Source: an uncultured delta proteobacterium | Lineage (GTDB): Bacteria > Myxococcota_A > Polyangia > Polyangiales > Polyangiaceae | Direction of reading: 5' to 3' | NCBI GenBank assembly: GCA_963782055.1 | Contig: CAWAIF010000003.1 | Location: forward strand, 192,001 to 256,000 | DNA: 64,000 nucleotides | Shown here: positions 38,876 to 49,040 of the stretch, piece by piece | Position numbering within the stretch: position 1 is the first letter of the stretch | Layout of the letters: each line of letters begins with the position of its first letter | The notes under the pieces: model-generated | Databases searched by the model: none | What the model was told of the DNA's origin: nothing | What the model saw: only the letters and a program-made list of their open reading frames with translations | Made by a program: the position numbers and the translations under genes

Positions 38876-38953
38876 GGCGCGGCACTCTGCGCCGCGCCCA
38901 CCGCCGCGTCAACCGCCCACGCCGGCGCGCGCCGCGCCTCCCGGGACATCCTC

Positions 38954-39586
38954 TCAGTAGCTGCAGTAGTTGCTGCTCACCCCGTTGCCGAGCACGCAGT
39001 GCGTGCCCTTGGGGCAGTAGGTGTCGTCGCAGCTTCCCTTGCAGTCGCTCGCCGCGCAGCTCGAGGGGCTGAAGGAGAGCGAGCAGCACTTGGACCAGCA
39101 CCCGGCGTTGGTCGTGCACCCGCGGCAGAAGTAGTGTCCACCCAGGACGGCGCACGACTCGCCGTTCTGCGCGTTGCACTGGATGCCGCACGCCCCGCAG
39201 TTGGCGTTGGTGGAGGTGTAGATGGGCGAGCCGCCGCAGCAGCGCGCGGTGTCGTCCCCCTGCTTCCAGTTGAAGCCGTCGGCGTGAGGGGTGGGCGCCA
39301 TGCAGAGGCCGCCCTTGCACACGCCGTCGGCGTGGCAGAGGTCCGGCGCCGCCTTGCAGGGCGTGCCGTCGGCCTCCACCGCGCACCCGGTGGCGCCGTC
39401 CGGGCCGCTCGCGTCGACGAGCAGGTCCGCCTCCACCACGACGTCGGTCTCGGCGTCCTCCAGCGGCAGGTAGGTGGCGTCGTCCTGCGTCGCCGCGTCG
39501 CCGTCGTCGACGGGCGGGAATCCGCGGCCGGGGGAGCTGCACCCGGCGAGGAGGAGGACGACGAGCCACCACCGCATGGGCCTCAT
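38954..39586 (-). CDS. Cys-rich lipoprotein
   Basis: LAGC lipobox, acidic linker, NCGACG motif and many Cys; ATGA overlap with the RluA-family stop. Confidence 0.75.
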   Translation of the reverse strand: MRPMRWWLVVLLLAGCSSPGRGFPPVDDGDAATQDDATYLPLEDAETDVVVEADLLVDASGPDGATGCAVEADGTPCKAAPDLCHADGVCKGGLCMAPTPHADGFNWKQGDDTARCCGGSPIYTSTNANCGACGIQCNAQNGESCAVLGGHYFCRGCTTNAGCWSKCCSLSFSPSSCAASDCKGSCDDTYCPKGTHCVLGNGVSSNYCSY

Positions 39587-40494
39587 TGTGGCACGGCCTC
39601 GCCGTTTCGGAAGGCCTCGCGCGCGCGGTCCCACGCGGCGTCGTCTCCCCCCGCGTCGCGCCACCACGCGAGGAGCTCCGGGGGCACCGGCGCCGTGGCC
39701 GTCAGCCCGCCGGCGTCGACGCGCGCGCAGTGCAGCCCCACGCGGCCGAGGGAGAGCACCTTGCCCGTCGGCAGCACCAGGCGCGCGGGGCCGCCGTAGT
39801 CGCGGTCTCCGAGGAGCGGGCAGCCGGCGTGGGCCGCGTGGACGCGGATCTGGTGGGTGCGGCCGGTGACGGGCCGCACCGCGAGCAGGGTGGCGTGTGG
39901 CGCGGTGGCGACCACCGCGTACTCGGTGCGGGCCCCGGTCGCGTCGCGCCCGTCCACCGCGCGCCGGCGCGGGTCGGCGGCTCGCCCGATGCGGCCCGTC
40001 CACGCGCCGCGCGCGGGCGCGGGCGAGCTCGCCGCCAGGGCCAGGTACAGCCGCTCGTAGCGGCCGGCCGCCCGCTCCTCCCGCAGGCGATCGCGGGCGC
40101 GCGCGTCGGCGGCGAAGAGCACCACGCCGCTGACGCCGCGGTCCAGGCGCGAGGTGGGATGAAGCGTGGACTCCGGCAGGCCGGCGGCCTTCGCCACGAG
40201 CGCCAGCAGCGCGTGCGCGCCGCCCGCGTGGTCGGCGATCGTGGGGATGCCGGCGGGCTTGTCGACGGCGAGGACGCCGCCTTCCCGCGCGAGGATGGTC
40301 ACGGCGGGCGCCGCCGGCGCGGGCGGACGGATGGTCACGACGTCGCCCGTCTGGACGCGCGTCCCGGGGCGCGCCCGCGCGCGGCCGATCATCACGCGGC
40401 CCTCCTCGAGGGCGCGCGCGTCGCCGCCCGCCCGCGCGATCACCGCGTCGACGGGCCCGGCCTCCTGGGCCACCCAGCGAATCTCGCGCCGCAT
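39583..40494 (-). CDS. RluA/RluD-family pseudouridine synthase
   Basis: DKPAG, SRLDRGVSG, TGRTHQIRVH, GDRDYG. Confidence 0.9.
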   Translation of the reverse strand: MRREIRWVAQEAGPVDAVIARAGGDARALEEGRVMIGRARARPGTRVQTGDVVTIRPPAPAAPAVTILAREGGVLAVDKPAGIPTIADHAGGAHALLALVAKAAGLPESTLHPTSRLDRGVSGVVLFAADARARDRLREERAAGRYERLYLALAASSPAPARGAWTGRIGRAADPRRRAVDGRDATGARTEYAVVATAPHATLLAVRPVTGRTHQIRVHAAHAGCPLLGDRDYGGPARLVLPTGKVLSLGRVGLHCARVDAGGLTATAPVPPELLAWWRDAGGDDAAWDRAREAFRNGEAVPQ

Positions 40495-40497
40495 GGT

Positions 40498-43188
40498 CTA
40501 CGTCGGTCTTCGCTCCCCCTCTCCGCCTCGGGCAGAGGGGGCGGGGGGGGTGAGCTCCTTCAGGCGGTGGACCATGCCGCGGTCGCCGTCGACGCGCAGC
40601 ATGTCGCCGGTGCGAACCTGGCGGGTCACGCCCGCCACGTTCACCACGCTCGGCACGCCCAGCTCCCGCGCGATGACGGCCGCGTGCGAGAGCGGACCGC
40701 CCAGCTCGGTGACGACGCCGGCCGCCACCAGGAAGAGCGGCGTCCACCCCACGTCCGTCGAGTGCACGACCAGCACCTCGCCCGGCGCGAGCTGACCCAT
40801 CTCCGCGCTGCTCCGCAGCACGCGCGCGCGCCCCTCCACCACGCCCCCGCTCGCCGCGAGCCCGCGCAGCACGTCGCCGCCGTGCGGCGGCAGGAGCAGC
40901 GGCGACGGCGTCCCCACGAAGGTCACCGGCGGGGCCGGCCGCGCCACGTCCCGCGCGTACTCCGCCCGCCGCGCCCGCACCAGCGGCACGAGATCGGTGC
41001 GCGCGTTGCGGAGCGCGCCGAGCAGCTCGTCCACCGTCAGGAAGAACACCGGGGGCAGCCGCGCCACGCCGGGCGGCCCGTCCGGCACCACGAGCTCGGG
41101 CATCAGGTGGACCAGCCGGCGGTCGGCGTCGAGCATCACCGCGCGGATCACCCCGAGCACCCGCGTGACCCACCCGCGCATGCGCTCGCGCAGGCGCGCC
41201 GCCTTCTGCGCGCGCGCCACCAGGTGCCGGAGCGCCGTCTGCTCCAGCACGTTCATCCGCCCGAGCACCCGCTGCATCTCGGCGTCCGCCGCGGCGCGCG
41301 ACTGCTCGATGGCACGCTGCGGGTCGCGCGCCTCCCCGCGGAGAGCGACGCGCAGCATCGTGAGCACTGGCGTGGCGTCCTCCCGCCAGCGCGGCGTGGA
41401 GAGCTCCGGCTCGCGCACCGCGCGCTCGCCGTACAGGTCGAGGAAGCTGGTGAGCGCGCGGCGCGTCGGTCCGTCGGGGAGCTGCGAGACCGAGACCGTC
41501 GACTCCTGCTCGATCACCTCCCGCGCGGCCGGCTCCGCCGTCGCGAGCGTCGCGACGCGCATCAGGCCGATGGCCGGCCGTGCGCTCTCCAGATCCCGCA
41601 CGCCCGCGGTGAGCGTCTGCGCCAGGCTGTCGGCGCCCAGCGGCGCCACGCGCGCGAGGAGCGTCTTGAGGACCAGGTGCGAGCCGAGCGCGCTCGACGC
41701 GCAGGTGAGCATCACCGTGCCGGTGCGCTCCAGCATCCCCTGCACGTCCACGATGGTGCGCGCGAGCCCCTCGTCGGGCAGGATGGGCAGGTCCAGCGCG
41801 TGGTGCAGGCGCAGCGCGCGCTCCGCCCACGCCTCGAACTTGCGCACGTCGTCGTCCAGCCGGAGCTGCTCCTTGAGCAGGCGCGCGGCGGTGAGCGGCA
41901 GCCGGGCGTAGAAGCCCTTGTGCGAGACGTCCACCACCTGGGCCGCCAGCTCCTCACCGCCGGAGCCGCCGCCCAGATCGACCAGCGTCCGCGCGTCCAG
42001 CCACGGCACCTGCGCGGCGATCCGCATGAACTGCGAGAGGTTCAGGTAGAAGCGTCCGTGCACGTTGCCCACCAGGCGCGCGTGCTTCGGCACGCGGCAC
42101 CCCAGCGTGGCGAAGGCCTTGCGAAAGCCCGCCTCGCTGAAGGCGCCGGCGACAGACCAGGTCAGCGGCGTGGCGACACCCGGGAGCGCCTCGCCCACGT
42201 TCACCGCGCTCCAGACCGTCGACTCGTCCCCGCCGTCCGGGAAGCCGGCGCCCGTCGCCGGTCGCACCTGCACCAGCCACGTGCGCTCCTCGTCGCAGGC
42301 GAACTCCACGTCGTAGGGCACGTCCTCCAGCCGCTCCAGACGCAGCGCGACCTCCGCCAGGTCCATCACCTGCGCCGTCGAGAGCGCCGGGTGCAGCGGC
42401 TCCGGCACGTCCTCGCTCGTGAGCCCCTCCGCCCCCACCACCAGCGCGCGGTGCTTTCGCGCGATGACCGACTCGATGACGCGACCCTTCGCGTCGACGC
42501 GGAGCATGTCCGGCGTGGCCTCGCCGTCGACGACGAGCGAGCCCAGCCCGTAGCCGGCGTTGATCACCCTCTCGCGCGCCCCACGCCTGTCCGGCGCGCG
42601 GGTGAACATGACGCCCGCCACGCGTGCCGGCACCATGCGCTGCAGGATCACCGCCATCGCCACGTCGCGGATGCCGTGCGCCGCCAGGTAGGTGAGCGCG
42701 CGCCCCGAAGCGACCGACGCCCAGACCGCGCGCACCGCCAGCCCGAGCGCCTCGTCCCCGCGGACCCCGAGCTCGGTGTCGGCGATGCCGGCCATCGACG
42801 CGATCGACCCGTCCTCGGTGGTGGCGCTGGAGCGGACCGCGAAGCCCCACGGCGAGGCGCCCTCCTCGCGCCGCCACAGCTCGTCCAGCTCGGCGGCCAG
42901 GCCGCGCGGCAGCGGCGCGGACAGGAGGTGCTCGCGTGCCTGCGCCGCCCGCTCGTAGCCGGTGCGCCCGCCGGCCGCGCGCAGGAGCGACTTCGGATCG
43001 CACCCGGGCGGCAGCTCGCGCAGCGCGGCGGCGAAGGCGTCTACCGGCAGGACCCAGGCGTCGGGCACGGTGAAGCCGTTCTTCACCAGCCAGGCGAGGC
43101 GCGCCGCCTTCCCGCCCACGACGCGCGGGTCATCGGCGCCGCGCTTGGCGGCGATGGACGCGAGCGGCACGAGCCAGGGACCAGCCAC
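40498..43188 (-). CDS. PEP-utilising enzyme, rifampin-phosphotransferase/PigC-like architecture
   Basis: GGKA, AVRSSA..ED, GVMFT, DVEFA, QVRP ATP-grasp; C-terminal TD.GWTPLF...SHAAVIARE phospho-His domain. Confidence 0.88.
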   Translation of the reverse strand: MAGPWLVPLASIAAKRGADDPRVVGGKAARLAWLVKNGFTVPDAWVLPVDAFAAALRELPPGCDPKSLLRAAGGRTGYERAAQAREHLLSAPLPRGLAAELDELWRREEGASPWGFAVRSSATTEDGSIASMAGIADTELGVRGDEALGLAVRAVWASVASGRALTYLAAHGIRDVAMAVILQRMVPARVAGVMFTRAPDRRGARERVINAGYGLGSLVVDGEATPDMLRVDAKGRVIESVIARKHRALVVGAEGLTSEDVPEPLHPALSTAQVMDLAEVALRLERLEDVPYDVEFACDEERTWLVQVRPATGAGFPDGGDESTVWSAVNVGEALPGVATPLTWSVAGAFSEAGFRKAFATLGCRVPKHARLVGNVHGRFYLNLSQFMRIAAQVPWLDARTLVDLGGGSGGEELAAQVVDVSHKGFYARLPLTAARLLKEQLRLDDDVRKFEAWAERALRLHHALDLPILPDEGLARTIVDVQGMLERTGTVMLTCASSALGSHLVLKTLLARVAPLGADSLAQTLTAGVRDLESARPAIGLMRVATLATAEPAAREVIEQESTVSVSQLPDGPTRRALTSFLDLYGERAVREPELSTPRWREDATPVLTMLRVALRGEARDPQRAIEQSRAAADAEMQRVLGRMNVLEQTALRHLVARAQKAARLRERMRGWVTRVLGVIRAVMLDADRRLVHLMPELVVPDGPPGVARLPPVFFLTVDELLGALRNARTDLVPLVRARRAEYARDVARPAPPVTFVGTPSPLLLPPHGGDVLRGLAASGGVVEGRARVLRSSAEMGQLAPGEVLVVHSTDVGWTPLFLVAAGVVTELGGPLSHAAVIARELGVPSVVNVAGVTRQVRTGDMLRVDGDRGMVHRLKELTPPAPSARGGEGERRPT

Positions 43189-43237
43189 GGCGCGCGATAC
43201 TACACCTCAGCCCGCCTCACCCCCCATCCCTACGAGC

Positions 43238-43576
43238 TCACCAGCGGCCCATGGCGCCCAGGTCGTGGGTCTTGGTGCGGCCGCTGGCCTTCAGGATGCG
43301 CTTGGCCGACGCGCTGCGCATGCCGCTCGCGCAGTAGACGACGTACGTCGCGTCCGCCGGGCCGACCTCCTGCACGCGACCGGAGAGCTCCTGCACCGGG
43401 ACGTTGAGCGCGCCCTCGATGTGCCCCGAGGCGAACTCACCCGGCGTGCGCACGTCCAGCAGCCTCGCCCCCTCGCCCACGAGCTTGCGCGCCTCGGTCG
43501 GGGAGATCTTTCCCGCGCGGGCGATGAACCAGTAGATTCCGAGGAAGACGGCGGCGGCGATGATCCATTCGTTCAT
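43238..43576 (-). CDS. Rhodanese-like protein with N-terminal TM
   Basis: DVRTPGEF..GHI.GA, YCASGMRS. Confidence 0.88.
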   Translation of the reverse strand: MNEWIIAAAVFLGIYWFIARAGKISPTEARKLVGEGARLLDVRTPGEFASGHIEGALNVPVQELSGRVQEVGPADATYVVYCASGMRSASAKRILKASGRTKTHDLGAMGRW

Positions 43577-43689
43577 GCTTTCCTCATCATAGAGCCGGCT
43601 CCGGCCCAAATGGGTTCGCCGCGCGCTTTGCGCGCCTCCGGTGGGGCGCCGCCCTCGCCTCCGCCCCTGGCTGAGCTATACCGCCGGTG

Positions 43690-44853
43690 ATGAAGCGCCT
43701 CGCCGTCCTCGCCCTCCCCCTCACGCTCCTCGCCTGCGGCTCGAGCGACGACGGCACCACCGCCGACGGGGGCGGCATGGACGGCGGCGTCACCGACGGC
43801 GGCGTCGCCGACGCGGCGGTGGACGTCCCGGTCGCCCCCTTCGCCGACGGCGGCGCCATCACCGGCACGCCGCCGGACACCTGGACGTGGGTCGACTTCC
43901 CGGAGGCCAAGTGCCGCGACGGCTCGCCCACCGGCATCGGCGTGAACGTCCACCCCGGCGCGACGAAGCTCATGGTCTTCCTCGAGGGCGGCGGCGCCTG
44001 CTTCAACGCCGCCACCTGCGCGGCCAACCCGGCGAGCTACGCCAGGCTGGACCTGGCGGGCTTCGCCGGCACGGAGGGCGTCGCCGGCATCTTCAGCCGC
44101 CTCGACCCCGCCAACCCGGTCAAGGACTGGAGCTTCGTCTACGTGCCGTACTGCACCGGCGACGTGCACGGCGGGGACAACCCGGTGGCCCAGCCCCCCG
44201 GCGTCTCCCAGGCGCAGCAGTTCGTCGGCTACACCAACATCCACAAGTACCTCGAGCGCATCGTCCCCACCTTCCCCGGGATGACGCAGGTGCTGCTCAC
44301 CGGGCAGAGCGCCGGCGGCTTCGGGGCCGCGGTCAACTACACGCAGGTCGCGCGCGCCTTCGACCCGGTGCCCGTCGTGCTGATCGACGACTCCGGCCCG
44401 CCGATGAACCAGCCGTACATCGCGCGATGTTTGCAGGATGCATGGAAATCCCTCTTCGGCCTGGACAAGACCATCGTCCCCGACTGCGGCGCCGATTGCC
44501 CCGATCCGACGAACTTCCTGGTGGACTACGCCAAGCACATCGCCAAGACCTACCCGAACGCGACGATGGGCCTGATGGACTCCACGGGCGACGGCGTCAT
44601 CGCCTCCTTCTTCGGGTTCGGCGCCAGCAACTGCGCCGCCTCGGTCCCGCTCTCCGCGCAGACCTACCAGGCCGGCCTGGACGACCTGCGCTCGCAGCTC
44701 GCCTTCGACAAGAACTTCGCCAGCTTCTACTTTCCGGGCATCGACCACACCTCCCTCGTGCTCGGCTACGACCTCCGCTACGCGGGCGGCGTGAAGCTCA
44801 CCGACTGGATCGCCCAGCTCCTGGCGGGCAACGCGCAGAACGCGGGCCCGTGA
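43690..44853 (+). CDS. Pectinacetylesterase/Notum-family lipoprotein
   Basis: [26 protein letters not shown]. Confidence 0.88.
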   Translation: MKRLAVLALPLTLLACGSSDDGTTADGGGMDGGVTDGGVADAAVDVPVAPFADGGAITGTPPDTWTWVDFPEAKCRDGSPTGIGVNVHPGATKLMVFLEGGGACFNAATCAANPASYARLDLAGFAGTEGVAGIFSRLDPANPVKDWSFVYVPYCTGDVHGGDNPVAQPPGVSQAQQFVGYTNIHKYLERIVPTFPGMTQVLLTGQSAGGFGAAVNYTQVARAFDPVPVVLIDDSGPPMNQPYIARCLQDAWKSLFGLDKTIVPDCGADCPDPTNFLVDYAKHIAKTYPNATMGLMDSTGDGVIASFFGFGASNCAASVPLSAQTYQAGLDDLRSQLAFDKNFASFYFPGIDHTSLVLGYDLRYAGGVKLTDWIAQLLAGNAQNAGP

Positions 44854-44908
44854 CGATGGGGCCGGGCGTCCCTTGACGTGCGGCGCGCGGGGCCCTTTCA
44901 TCCCCCGC

Positions 44909-46078
44909 ATGTCCACCCTCCTCGATCAGCTCAAGTCCATGACCGTGGTCGTCGCCGACACGGGCGACATCCACTCCATCGAGAAATTCCGCCCGCGCGA
45001 CGCGACGACCAACCCGTCGCTCATCACCGCGGCCGCGCAGATGCCGGAGTACGCCAGCATCGTCGACGAGGCGCTCCTCTGGGCGAAGCGCGAGGCCGGC
45101 CCTGGCGCGAGCAAGGACGACGTGGTCAAGCGCGCCATCGACCGCCTGAGCGTGGAGTTCGGCCTGCGCATCCTGAAGATCGTCCCCGGCCGCGTCTCCA
45201 CCGAGGTGGACGCGCGCCTCTCCTTCGACACCAAGGGCACCATCGAGAAGGCGCACACGCTGATCGGCCAGTACGAGAAGGCGGGCCTCTCGCGCGAGCG
45301 CATCCTCATCAAGGTCGCCTCCACGTGGGAGGGCATCCGCGCCGCCGAGCAGCTGGAGAAGGAGGGCATCCACTGCAACCTCACGCTCCTGTTCGGCGTG
45401 CACCAGGCGATCGCCTGCGCCGAGGCGAAGGTCACCCTCGTCTCGCCCTTCGTCGGGCGCATCCTCGACTGGTACAAGAAGTCGACCGGCAAGGAGAGCT
45501 ACCCGGCCCCCGAGGATCCCGGCGTGATGAGCGTCACGCGCATCTACAACTACTACAAGAAGCACGGCCACAAGACCGAGATCATGGGCGCGAGCTTCCG
45601 CAACATCGGCGAGATCACCGAGCTCGCCGGGTGCGACCTGCTCACCATCTCGCCGAGCCTGCTGGCCGAGCTCCAGTCCAGGACGGGCGAGCTGCCGCGC
45701 AAGCTGGACCCGAAGGCCGCCGCCGGGATGGACATCCCGGTGATCAAGGTGGACGAGAAGACCTTCCGCGAGATGCACGAGAAGGACAAGATGGCGAAGG
45801 ACAAGCTCGCCGAGGGCATCGAGGGCTTCTCCAAGGCGCTCGTCGCCCTGGAGAAGATGCTGGGCGAGCGCCTCGACGCGGTGGTCGGCCAGGTGCGCGG
45901 GTCGGCGGCCGAGAAGCTCTTCAAGGTCTACGACCTGGACGGCGACGGCTTCATCACGCGCGAGGAGTGGAGCGGCACCGACGTGGTGTTCGACGCGCTG
46001 GACTCCGACCACGACGGCCGCATCACGCCGGAGGAGATGGCCGCCGGTCTGGGCGCGGCGTTCCGCCTGCAGGCGTGA
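44909..46078 (+). CDS. tal: Transaldolase with C-terminal EF-hand pair
   Basis: [43 protein letters not shown] and [12 protein letters not shown]. Confidence 0.95.
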   Translation: MSTLLDQLKSMTVVVADTGDIHSIEKFRPRDATTNPSLITAAAQMPEYASIVDEALLWAKREAGPGASKDDVVKRAIDRLSVEFGLRILKIVPGRVSTEVDARLSFDTKGTIEKAHTLIGQYEKAGLSRERILIKVASTWEGIRAAEQLEKEGIHCNLTLLFGVHQAIACAEAKVTLVSPFVGRILDWYKKSTGKESYPAPEDPGVMSVTRIYNYYKKHGHKTEIMGASFRNIGEITELAGCDLLTISPSLLAELQSRTGELPRKLDPKAAAGMDIPVIKVDEKTFREMHEKDKMAKDKLAEGIEGFSKALVALEKMLGERLDAVVGQVRGSAAEKLFKVYDLDGDGFITREEWSGTDVVFDALDSDHDGRITPEEMAAGLGAAFRLQA

Positions 46079-46090
46079 GGCGCAGGTCGG

Positions 46091-47161
46091 CTACTTGCGG
46101 TAGCCGACCATCACGTGGTTGTCGTCGGTGACGATGAAGTCCAGCTTCCCGTCGCCGTCCAGGTCGACGAACGTGGGGGTCGCGTCGCTGGTCCAGGGGC
46201 CGCTCACGATGAGCGCGTCGCCGAAGGTGAAGTCGCCGCGGCCGGGGAGGATGGCGAACTGGCCGTCGTCGCCGCTCACGGTCAGGACCAGGTCGGCGAG
46301 GCCGTTCCCCGTGACGTCGACCAGGTGGGACCGGCCGCCCTCGTCCGGAATGGTGCGGACGGTGCGGAAGCTGCCGGTTCCGTCGTTCTGCTCCAGCTCG
46401 TACGAGCTGCCGTCGGTGCACAGCGCATCGGCGTAGCCGTCGCCGTCGATGTCGGCGAAGTAGGAGCAGGTGCCCACGAGCTGCTGGTTGCCGAAGAAGC
46501 CCCCGTCCTTGCGTCGGATCGCCACCGAGTACGTGCCTGACGAGTACGACATGGAGGTGTAGACGAGCGCGTCATCCAGCCCGTCTGCGTTCAGGTCGCC
46601 GACGAACTCCTCGAAGCCGTCCAGCGACGTCGAGTCGACGACCTTCGTGGAGCCGTCGCGGGCGATGCTCCGGACCTCGAAGCCGTCGGAGGTGTCGAGC
46701 ACAATCCCAGTCCCGCCGCCGATGACGTTGACGGTGCCCCGGATGGGGCTGTCGCCGATGTCGAGCGCCACGGGAGAGTTGAGCCCGTCGGCGTCGTCGA
46801 ACACCACCGCCTGGGTGGTCGTGCCGGCGAGGAAGCCCAGCACGTCCATGCGGCCGTCGCCGTCGAAGTCGCCCGTCCGGCTCGGAATGAAGTCCATGTC
46901 GACGTCGGTGTCCTTGAACTGCCGGCCCACGTTCACCAGGACGTGCATCTTGGAGACGCCGTCGTCGCCCTGGCAGCTCGTGACGATGTCCGGGCGCTTG
47001 TCGCCGTTGACGTCGGCGACGACCAGGCCGTTCTGACCCATGCAGGTCAGCGAGAGCATGGTGGGGTCGAAGGCGAGGGTGTTCTTCGGGCCGCCGCCGC
47101 CGCAGGCGAAGGTGGACACGCCGAGGGAGAGACCGAGCAGGCAGAGGGTGTGCGTCTTCAT
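46091..47161 (-). CDS. FG-GAP/VCBS-repeat lipoprotein
   Basis: Repeated D(V/F/L/I)(N/D)GDG..D motifs; FAC lipobox. Confidence 0.85.
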   Translation of the reverse strand: MKTHTLCLLGLSLGVSTFACGGGGPKNTLAFDPTMLSLTCMGQNGLVVADVNGDKRPDIVTSCQGDDGVSKMHVLVNVGRQFKDTDVDMDFIPSRTGDFDGDGRMDVLGFLAGTTTQAVVFDDADGLNSPVALDIGDSPIRGTVNVIGGGTGIVLDTSDGFEVRSIARDGSTKVVDSTSLDGFEEFVGDLNADGLDDALVYTSMSYSSGTYSVAIRRKDGGFFGNQQLVGTCSYFADIDGDGYADALCTDGSSYELEQNDGTGSFRTVRTIPDEGGRSHLVDVTGNGLADLVLTVSGDDGQFAILPGRGDFTFGDALIVSGPWTSDATPTFVDLDGDGKLDFIVTDDNHVMVGYRK

Positions 47162-47207
47162 GATGGGACCCTTTCGGCGCGTCGGGGTGCCGGGTTGCGA
47201 GGGAACG

Positions 47208-48017
47208 TCACTTCCCGCAGAGGACCTGGGCAACATTCAGGAACAGCGTCTCGAAGTCGGGCCCGTCGAAGCAGAGCGCGTAGGGCCCGCCGTCCTCCTG
47301 GCAGTCCTGGTCGACGGCGTCCTCGTAGATCTTGCAGGCACCCTTGGATGCCTTGTCGATGCACTGCTCATGGAGCTGGAAGCTGGCGTCGCCGGAGACC
47401 GGGCAGATGGAGTCGCAAGAAGCGGCCTCGCAGGCCTCGGCCGACTGGTAGGCGTACGCACACGATCCGGACTGCGGCGGGTTCTGCCCGCTGAGGACGG
47501 CGATGCAGCCGGCGACGTTCACCGACAGGTAGCCTGCCGTCATCTGGACCAGCGCGCCCCAGGAGGAGTCGTACTGGTTGCTGCCGAGGCAACCGCCGCA
47601 GTAGCTGGCGCCGTAGCCCTGCTGCCAGGTCGTGCATGTGCTCGGCGTGGCGTTGGGGCCCAGACAGCTCGCGTAGTACCCGGAGATCTGCGCGCTGGAG
47701 CAGGCGCTCGCCTCGTGCTTCGCGGGCTTCGCCGGCAAGGGGAAGTACTCGTTGAAGTCGTACGGCGTCGGGCACACCCCCGGCGTGCCGCCGGCGTCGT
47801 AGCTCGCGACGCCGGAGTCCTCGGCGACCTTGGCGTCGCTCGCCCCGGCGTCCTTCGCGGTGACGCCGCCGGCGTCGCCGTCGCCCGGCTTCACATGGAG
47901 GCCGGCGTCCACGGTCGCGCCCACGCCGTCGCTCGTGGAAGGCGGGGCCGAGCACGCCACCACGAAGACCAGCGCCGGAGCACCCACCAGACCCAGGACC
48001 ATGCCGAGACGTCGCAT
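47208..48017 (-). CDS. Cys-rich lipoprotein
   Basis: VVAC lipobox, DAG linker, Cys-rich domain ending LCGK. Confidence 0.75.
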   Translation of the reverse strand: MRRLGMVLGLVGAPALVFVVACSAPPSTSDGVGATVDAGLHVKPGDGDAGGVTAKDAGASDAKVAEDSGVASYDAGGTPGVCPTPYDFNEYFPLPAKPAKHEASACSSAQISGYYASCLGPNATPSTCTTWQQGYGASYCGGCLGSNQYDSSWGALVQMTAGYLSVNVAGCIAVLSGQNPPQSGSCAYAYQSAEACEAASCDSICPVSGDASFQLHEQCIDKASKGACKIYEDAVDQDCQEDGGPYALCFDGPDFETLFLNVAQVLCGK

Positions 48018-48110
48018 CGCAGAACCTCCTGCGCCGCCCCTCGGCACGGTGCGCGCGAAGTTGCGTGGGCCGCTCCCGCAACTTCCGGTGACGGTGGCCG
48101 ATGAAGGGGC

Positions 48111-48905
48111 ATGACTCCGTCCTTCCTCTCCGTCCTTCTTCCCGTGTCCACCATCCCTCTCTTGACGCTGGCGCTCGCCCTTCGTCGGGACGCGAAGCGT
48201 CGCGGGGCGTCCCTGGGCGCACTCGCGGTGGCGGTCGCGGGGCTCGGTGCCGGGATCGGGTGGGCGTGGAGTGCGTCGGCGCGAGCCGTCCACGCCGTCT
48301 CGGGGGAGTCCGTCGATCCCGTCGCTCGCCATCACGAGCTCGTCGCCGCCTTCACACGAACCGACCCGATCGCGCGTTGGACTCTCGTCGGTGGGGCCAT
48401 CGCGCTCACCCTCGGCTGCGCGGCCCTCTTTTTGGAGTGGTGGAAGCTGGGGGGCGTCGGTCGCGTCCTCGGGTTGGGCGTCGCCGCGCTCGCCGCGTCG
48501 CTCCTCTTCCCCGCGCGGGCCATGGCGCACCGGGCGGAGCGCGTTCATCGGGAGACGCTGCAAGGTCTGCTCTCCGCCGACCACCTGCGCGCCTCCAGCC
48601 CCGAGCGGTGTGACAACCTGGAGGAAGCGCTTCAGGTCGCGCATGGCCTTGGGGACGTGGAGGCGATCGTGCCCGACGCGCGTGCACGTGCGCGGGCGTG
48701 CATCGCCGAGCGGCTCGCATGCATCGACGCCGGGGGGCCGTGCGCGGAGGAGATGGCGGGCCGCGTCGAGGTCTACAACCAGCTTCACCCAAAGCACCAC
48801 ACGACACCTCTTCGAGCGTTCGTCGCGAGCTCGTCCATGCTGATCGACCCCGCGCAGAAGGCGGACGTAAGCGAGCGGATCGCCCGCGCCGGCGCCGCGC
48901 GATGA
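48111..48905 (+). CDS. Hypothetical membrane protein
   Basis: About four hydrophobic segments then a Cys-containing soluble tail; fills the gap between neighbours. Confidence 0.5.
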   Translation: MTPSFLSVLLPVSTIPLLTLALALRRDAKRRGASLGALAVAVAGLGAGIGWAWSASARAVHAVSGESVDPVARHHELVAAFTRTDPIARWTLVGGAIALTLGCAALFLEWWKLGGVGRVLGLGVAALAASLLFPARAMAHRAERVHRETLQGLLSADHLRASSPERCDNLEEALQVAHGLGDVEAIVPDARARARACIAERLACIDAGGPCAEEMAGRVEVYNQLHPKHHTTPLRAFVASSSMLIDPAQKADVSERIARAGAAR

Positions 48906-49040
48906 AGAAGCGTCCAGAACCGCGCTGGCGCGTCTCGAGCGCGACGCGTGGCGGAGCACCCGCGTGGGGCGCGGGCGGCGTGTGCCGCCCCGGTGACCAG
49001 GTCCAAGAGCCGGCCACCATCCGTGAACAGCTCTCGAGTG

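Noticed and set aside
39586..43407. Very long ORFs such as 39586-43407(+), 26127-29618(-), 22714-25575(+), 48948-51602(+) and 60166-62922(-)
   Set aside because: Antisense or off-frame shadows of clear genes; Arg/Ala/Gly/Pro-rich with no motifs, as expected when stops are scarce at high GC
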